This document shows, piece by piece, positions 58,666 through 64,000 of a stretch of DNA of 64,000 nt. Origin of the DNA: a virus. The translations under genes and the position numbers were made by a program. The stretch lies in the IMG/VR virus record IMGVR_UViG_3300042447_000691; one strand, written 5' to 3'. Numbering within the stretch: the stretch's first letter is position 1; every line of letters begins with the position of its first letter. The notes below the pieces were generated by a model. It searched no databases. It was not told the DNA's origin and saw only the letters and a list, made by a program, of their open reading frames with translations.

Positions 58666-59424
58666 ATGGATCAATCAGCATTATACGGACAACAAGATTT
58701 TTCTCTACCACATGACGTGGTAAGACTACCTTCTAAGGGTATATATTACACACCAAGACGAGAGTCAATTAAAGTGGGGTTTCTAACGGCTAACGATGAA
58801 AACATTTTAATGTCACAAAATAATTCGAAAGAAGGTATTATATATACATTATTAAAACAAAAAATTTACGAACCAAATTTTAATGTGGATCATCTTTTAG
58901 ATGTCGATGTTTCTGCAATTTTAATATTTTTAAGAAATACCGCCTTTGGACCTGAATATAGTTATACTTTAAAGGATCCTGCAACAGATAAAACATTTGA
59001 TATTACTATTATATTAGATGAGTTAAAATATATCGACTCACCTCATACTGCAGACAACGAGGGGTATTTTACAACCAAACTTCCAAAAAGTGATAAATCA
59101 ATTAAAGTTAAATTATTAAATTGGGGAGAAATAAAAGAAGTTGATAAAATGGTTGAAAAATATCCAAAAGGTATGATTGCTCCTGTTGTCACAAAAAAAT
59201 TAGAACAACAAATTGTTGAAATCGATGGAAACAAAGATAAAGGACAAATTTCAAATTTTATTAAAAACATGCCAATTATGGATTCAAAACATGTTAGAAA
59301 GTTTATACAGGAATGCGAACCATCAATCGATTTAAAACAAGAAGTAATAGCCCCGTCAGGAGAAAGAGTAACATTTAGTGTTACCTTTGGGGTTGACTTT
59401 TTTCGTCCTTTCTTCTCAGTATAA
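58666..59424 (+). CDS. Tail assembly chaperone / T4 gp26-like baseplate hub assembly protein
   Basis: LPSKG.YY, LTA.DE.IL, AIL.FLR...FG..Y; lies between the tube and tape-measure genes. Confidence 0.7.
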   Translation: MDQSALYGQQDFSLPHDVVRLPSKGIYYTPRRESIKVGFLTANDENILMSQNNSKEGIIYTLLKQKIYEPNFNVDHLLDVDVSAILIFLRNTAFGPEYSYTLKDPATDKTFDITIILDELKYIDSPHTADNEGYFTTKLPKSDKSIKVKLLNWGEIKEVDKMVEKYPKGMIAPVVTKKLEQQIVEIDGNKDKGQISNFIKNMPIMDSKHVRKFIQECEPSIDLKQEVIAPSGERVTFSVTFGVDFFRPFFSV

Positions 59425-59557
59425 AAAACTACTTTTAGACGAAACCTACTATTTAACCAAACTGGCTAATTTTTCTTATTCAGATATTCTAATCATGCCG
59501 ACTTTTGAACGTAAGTATTTTATGAATAAACTAACGGAGGAATATCAAAAAAAATAA
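59402..59557 (+). CDS. Unannotated +1-frame extension of the chaperone (GT-like / gp51-like segment)
   Basis: Open +1 frame FVLSSQYKKLLLDETYYLTKLANFSYSDILIMPTFERKYFMNKLTEEYQKK*, filling the gap to the TMP; no ATG near its 5' end; overlaps TTT_TTT_CGT_C. Confidence 0.6.
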   Translation, partial: FVLSSQYKKLLLDETYYLTKLANFSYSDILIMPTFERKYFMNKLTEEYQKK

Positions 59558-59585
59558 TTTAACCTATTTATAAGAAAAACTAACT

Positions 59586-61595
59586 ATGCTATTTTTATTT
59601 GGAGAAGCACCAAAAGCACAATCAGATGATAAGGTTGTTGAGCAAACGACAAAAGGACAAGGAGTTATAAACCAACTCTCCACACTTACAACCGCATTAA
59701 CTGAATGGGTTTTACCTAATAGTGTTGAGAATCTTAATAAGGTATTTAAAAACGTTACTGAACAACTAACAACTCAGGAAGATTCTGCTTTGGCCCTTCA
59801 AAAGACAATGGGAGGAGTATCTATTAATGCCGAAGGGTTTAGACACATACTTCAAGAATCATATCTAGAAACATTAAATATAGGAGGCACATTTAAAGAC
59901 TCGGCAGAAATTGTACAGGGATTAGCTGGAGAGATGGGAAGAATTGTTAGTATATCAACGGAAGTAACAACACAATCAATACAATTTTCCAAGGCAACAA
60001 ATATGACAAGCTCCGAAACCGGTAAAATGGTTGCCGAATTTAGTAAATTTGGTGGCACACAAGAACAGTCGATTGGTAAAATGTCTGAGTTAGGTAAATC
60101 CGCAAGAAAAAGTGGGTTAGATGCTAAAAGTTTTACAACTGAAGTTGCAAAAAATTTAAAACAAGCGAGTTTATTTGGTTTTAAAGGTGGTGTAAAAGAC
60201 ATTGAAGAAATGGTTAAAAAAACCAAACTTCTTGGTACTAGTATGGAAAAATTACAAATTAAAGGTGCTGCTGAAAAATTACTTGATCCCGAAACTGCGA
60301 TGCAAACCGCTGCGAGTTTACAAATGATAGGTGGAAATATAGGTGCGTTAGGTAACCCATTCCAACTATTACACATGGGTCAAAAAGATATGAAAAAACT
60401 TACAGATGAAGTTTTAAATATGGCTAAGGCAACGTTTACATTTGATAAAGAAACGGGAGCATTCGCACAGACAACTGAAGATATGTACGCGTTAAGAGCA
60501 CAAGCAGAGGCTTTAGGTATTAATTATGAAGAAACTGCAAATGCTGGTAAAGAATTGGCTAAATTGGATTTCATTAAAAGTAGTACAAAATTATCAGAAA
60601 AAATAACAGATGAGGATACTCAAAATTTAGTTGCAGGATTGGCTCAAATTAGTAAAGAAGGTACTGTTAGTATAGAACTACCAGGACTAAATAAATCTTT
60701 CTCTTCGTTGGACGATGCGTTAGCTGACCCTAAATTCATGTCTTCGTTAGAAGAATATCAAAAAAATGCGGCCTTGAGCGATAAAGACTTGACATTAAAA
60801 CAAATGTCTATTGCCGAAAAACAAGCCGCGGACACTAATGTTATTAAAAATGCGGTTTTGGCTAATTTAAGTGCAACTAAAAAAGAATCAGTTTTGATGC
60901 AAAGTATTGCAGAAAATTCTGAAATGATGGGTACGGCAGGAAAATCCCTCGCAACGGGTGTTGCTGGAGAATCTGCAGATGCAATAACAGCAATAAATAC
61001 CAAGGCTACAGAAGCCGCAAAAACAACAATTAATTTACTTAAAAACTTTAAACCCGGTGAGTTTGTTGATGGACTTGTTGGTGGTATTGGAAAAGAACCA
61101 GATAACGGAGGTCTTCCTAATGTTGCTGGCGATCAACAAACACCTGTTATTGAAACCAAGCCTCTTCCTAATGTTGCTGGAGATAAGACTCTTCCTACTG
61201 TTGCTGGTGGCTCAACCCCTCAACCTACACCAGTACCAGACGGACTTTTCTCCGCTGGATCCCCCCCAATGATAATGTCAAAAGGAAAAATTTATGAGGG
61301 ATTAAAAGAAGATTCTGTATATGTAGGTACCGATTTTGAAAAAATATTTGAAAGAGGTAAAGCAGCAACTAACGTATTATCGGAAATGATGGCTAAAGGT
61401 GGTGCTGGTGGTTCAAATACAGAAGTTTCAGGTAAAGTGGATTTTGGTGAAATTAAGGTAAAGATAGATGCTCCTGGCGTTGATACGTCTATGTTAGATA
61501 AGGCATTAAACAGTAGACAATTCACCAACCAAATTATGTCAATGGTTGCGAATCAGAAATCTTTCTATACAAATCAAGCAACCCTACAAGGATAA
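59586..61595 (+). CDS. Tape-measure-like protein
   Basis: 669 aa, A/K/E/L-rich helical; lies after the tube and chaperone; TATTTAT upstream. Confidence 0.75.
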   Translation: MLFLFGEAPKAQSDDKVVEQTTKGQGVINQLSTLTTALTEWVLPNSVENLNKVFKNVTEQLTTQEDSALALQKTMGGVSINAEGFRHILQESYLETLNIGGTFKDSAEIVQGLAGEMGRIVSISTEVTTQSIQFSKATNMTSSETGKMVAEFSKFGGTQEQSIGKMSELGKSARKSGLDAKSFTTEVAKNLKQASLFGFKGGVKDIEEMVKKTKLLGTSMEKLQIKGAAEKLLDPETAMQTAASLQMIGGNIGALGNPFQLLHMGQKDMKKLTDEVLNMAKATFTFDKETGAFAQTTEDMYALRAQAEALGINYEETANAGKELAKLDFIKSSTKLSEKITDEDTQNLVAGLAQISKEGTVSIELPGLNKSFSSLDDALADPKFMSSLEEYQKNAALSDKDLTLKQMSIAEKQAADTNVIKNAVLANLSATKKESVLMQSIAENSEMMGTAGKSLATGVAGESADAITAINTKATEAAKTTINLLKNFKPGEFVDGLVGGIGKEPDNGGLPNVAGDQQTPVIETKPLPNVAGDKTLPTVAGGSTPQPTPVPDGLFSAGSPPMIMSKGKIYEGLKEDSVYVGTDFEKIFERGKAATNVLSEMMAKGGAGGSNTEVSGKVDFGEIKVKIDAPGVDTSMLDKALNSRQFTNQIMSMVANQKSFYTNQATLQG

Positions 61596-61631
61596 AAAAT
61601 ATAATTCAACCTATTTATAAATAAAAATTGA

Positions 61632-64000
61632 ATGGAAAGCCCATTATCATTTAACTCTAGTGAAAATTTTAGAAAAAAATTACTTGTAAGGAATTTAAAA
61701 CCTTACAGGGTTGATGGTAATTTTGGCGATTACTCAAGCCCCGCAACATCAGAATTTAACCTAATTGATTTTTCAGTGATAGATTCACCTACCGTTGATG
61801 TGGTAGGAAACAACCAAGAAAAATATTTGTATAAACAAAACAAATATGGACCACAACAAACAAACTCAACTTACGGAGACACTATTACTATTAACAGAAA
61901 CTTAAATACAAGTACAAATTATGGTGAGTACGATTTTTCTGATAGTGTTGGAAGTAAGTTAGAAACCATTGGTGACTCACAAGAAAATTTATTATACGTA
62001 AAAAATCTTTATGGTCCTACAGAATATGGTACGTCTTACGGTAACGTCGTTAATGTGAATGTAACCCTTTTAAATAATAGTAATTTAGGTAATTACGGTT
62101 ACATACAAACAGTTGGATCAAAATTAGAATTAATTGGAGACACAAAAGAAACCGAACTAATTGTAAAGAACGTATATAAGCCAAACGATCAAAATAATTT
62201 TGGAGGAACGGTATGGTACATTAATAACGATAAAACCATATTTACAAACGGATCAGGACAATACTCAATTGTAGATACTGAAAATAGTGTGTTATCTCAA
62301 GTTGGTAACGTACAAGAAGTATCTCTAAGAATAAAAAACAAATACACACCAGACCAACAAGGTGATTTTGGTCCAACCAAATATACAATTAATAATGATT
62401 TAATTTTAGGGTCTAACGAGGGTGAATATAATTTTTTGGATACTGTTGGAAATAGTTTGGAAGTTATAGGTAAAGATGAAAAGATAAGACTTATAGTTAG
62501 AAATGAATACAGACCTGAAGGTGGCCAAAGTCAAACCGAAGTTTCTCCATTCACTCTAATACCTAGACCAATCGCATCTAAAGGTAATTACAATTATGGT
62601 GACACATTAAATAGTGATCTATTTTTAGAGGGTAAATTAGACAGACCACAACTTATTGGATTAAATCAATATGGACCTGATCAACCAAGAAGAGAACAAC
62701 CCGTAAATCAAAATAACCAAACAAACTCAAACGAAGGTGAGTATGGGTTCCCTGATACTGTTGAAAGTCCATTAGAACTAATAGGAGAGGTCAATTTAGA
62801 ACAACTAACAATTAATAGTTATAGACCCGAAACAAACAATTTAGGAATTGCTGATCCGAACATAAATTTACCTAAAAAACCAAACAAAGGAATTTATAAT
62901 TTTAATGATACAATAAATAGTGAGTTACAAATCGTGGGTACTTCAAAAGAAGGACAAGCATATGGAAAAAACAAATATGTTACAGGTACAGGAACTTATG
63001 AAGTTTTAACTATTGATGATTTACAAATTAAAACAATTGGAACAGCATATGCTGATGGATTAAAAACGTTAGGGTATATACCATCAACATACACCCCATA
63101 CAATATATTATTAGCCGATAACCCAACAGGGTCTAACGGTAAACTTTCACAAGATTCGGATTTGGCGAGTTTAGGTGCTAAACAACTACAAAGAGAGTTT
63201 AAACATAGAGTCGCCTTAGAACTTATATCTCAAACATTAGGTAGAGTAAACGCATTAACCTCAAGTGTTAATCCGGATAGTGGAGAAATTTCAGTAAAAC
63301 CAAACTTAGATCCGTTTAATGCTATTGGAATCTTGAGTGGGACTATACCTGTATTGGCTCGGAATTATAAAATTAGTTCACCACAAGGACTTATAGGTGA
63401 TGCCGTTGGGTTCGCAGCAAGACTTGCTGGTCTTTATTCACCGGTTTCTTTAATACCGGGTGAGTATTTTGATTATCCAAAAAGACGGTTATTAAATCAA
63501 CTAATTGAAAATCCAATAGCTCCGTTGGTTCAGGGAGTTTTAGGGGCGATAAGAAAATTAACAGGAGCCGATAGTAAAACCTCATCCGATTTATTTGTAA
63601 ATAACACATCTGAAGCAACTAAAAGTTTGTTGTATGATCAACTTTTTTATAACGAATATAGACCTGATTACCGACTAAACACTCCATTAAATCCAAATTT
63701 ATTTTCACCGGCACCAAATTATTATGTCGGGACAAGAAAGGGTCAGATAACTGAATTGGTTTCTCCGATTAGTGAACAAGCACAAGATAAAAACGGTGAT
63801 CCAAGTGGAGGTGCCGTTTTAAGTTATAGTAATATAGGAAAAGATTTTGAAGGACAAAAAATAACAGAAATATATACCGGATTTAACACTAGACCATACT
63901 ATGATGGTTTAAATGGTGTACAAGGAGGATTGACATGGATGTCAAAAAATAATTACATAGAAAAATACCAATTTGTCGGACCAGGAGGAAAAACGGTAAA
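61632..64000 (+). CDS. Large structural protein (3'-truncated) with ~8 tandem ~52-aa repeats
   Basis: ATG 61632 (MESPLSFNSS), missing from the ORF track. Translated by hand without a stop to ~63260 and assumed to continue to the window end; TATTTAT at 61612-61618. Confidence 0.75.
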   Translation, partial: MESPLSFNSSENFRKKLLVRNLKPYRVDGNFGDYSSPATSEFNLIDFSVIDSPTVDVVGNNQEKYLYKQNKYGPQQTNSTYGDTITINRNLNTSTNYGEYDFSDSVGSKLETIGDSQENLLYVKNLYGPTEYGTSYGNVVNVNVTLLNNSNLGNYGYIQTVGSKLELIGDTKETELIVKNVYKPNDQNNFGGTVWYINNDKTIFTNGSGQYSIVDTENSVLSQVGNVQEVSLRIKNKYTPDQQGDFGPTKYTINNDLILGSNEGEYNFLDTVGNSLEVIGKDEKIRLIVRNEYRPEGGQSQTEVSPFTLIPRPIASKGNYNYGDTLNSDLFLEGKLDRPQLIGLNQYGPDQPRREQPVNQNNQTNSNEGEYGFPDTVESPLELIGEVNLEQLTINSYRPETNNLGIADPNINLPKKPNKGIYNFNDTINSELQIVGTSKEGQAYGKNKYVTGTGTYEVLTIDDLQIKTIGTAYADGLKTLGYIPSTYTPYNILLADNPTGSNGKLSQDSDLASLGAKQLQREFKHRVALELISQTLGRVNALTSSVNPDSGEISVKPNLDPFNAIGILSGTIPVLARNYKISSPQGLIGDAVGFAARLAGLYSPVSLIPGEYFDYPKRRLLNQLIENPIAPLVQGVLGAIRKLTGADSKTSSDLFVNNTSEATKSLLYDQLFYNEYRPDYRLNTPLNPNLFSPAPNYYVGTRKGQITELVSPISEQAQDKNGDPSGGAVLSYSNIGKDFEGQKITEIYTGFNTRPYYDGLNGVQGGLTWMSKNNYIEKYQFVGPGGKTV

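Noticed and set aside
3566-63618. The many other 60-170-aa ORFs nested in or antisense to long genes (e.g. 8193..8696, 45025..45444, 56410..56856, 59852..60376, 63391..63618)
   Set aside because: They lie wholly within real CDSs on the other strand or frame, with composition typical of shadow ORFs.
1-64000. Stop-codon reassignment (as in some Bacteroidetes jumbo phages)
   Set aside because: Long conserved genes are intact in code 11, and TAA, TAG and TGA all end genes at expected places.
1-64000. CRISPR array, tRNA/rRNA genes, integrase/transposase
   Set aside because: No repeat-spacer periodicity, cloverleaf or recombinase motifs seen; intergenic gaps are short and explained by promoters or terminators.

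Overview
AT-rich 64-kb segment of a large T4-like (contractile-tailed, probably jumbo) phage genome. The host is probably a Bacteroidetes: there is a T9SS-cargo-like gene at the left edge, and most start contexts are A-rich with no Shine-Dalgarno. Standard genetic code; no tRNA, rRNA, CRISPR or integrase was seen. Layout: (i) 1-10.6 kb, small head-associated proteins, a freestanding HNH nuclease, a 7-repeat Cys-rich protein, a gp5-like baseplate spike and a gp55-like late sigma factor. (ii) 10.6-32.8 kb, a ~22-kb minus-strand operon of ~27 genes for sugar-nucleotide synthesis, glycosyl transfer and O-methylation (gmd, fcl, RfbH/E1-like, RmlD-GT2 fusion, 2x GT11, GT17, several GT2/GT4, TylF/MycF, MycE-like, FkbM), plus phoH, dUTPase and a PolB-type exonuclease, with no flippase, polymerase or membrane GT. 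(iii) 32.9-35.4 kb, small late genes including a standalone WYL. (iv) 35.4-44.7 kb, LamG, tail-fibre and adhesin modules. (v) family B DNA polymerase. (vi) neck genes flanking SOD and a SNF2 helicase. (vii) gp15-like protein, sheath, tube, tail chaperone, tape measure and a large repeat protein running off the end. Main leads: a likely virion glycosylation/methylation machine coupled to the late sigma gene; a candidate +1 programmed frameshift (UUU_UUU_CGU_C) in the tail chaperone; a TATTTAT late-promoter motif before 18 genes; and a recurrent (I/L)xE-ended helix tag on SOD, WYL, HAD and small proteins that may target them into the capsid. Family calls come from motif recognition by eye, not database searches.
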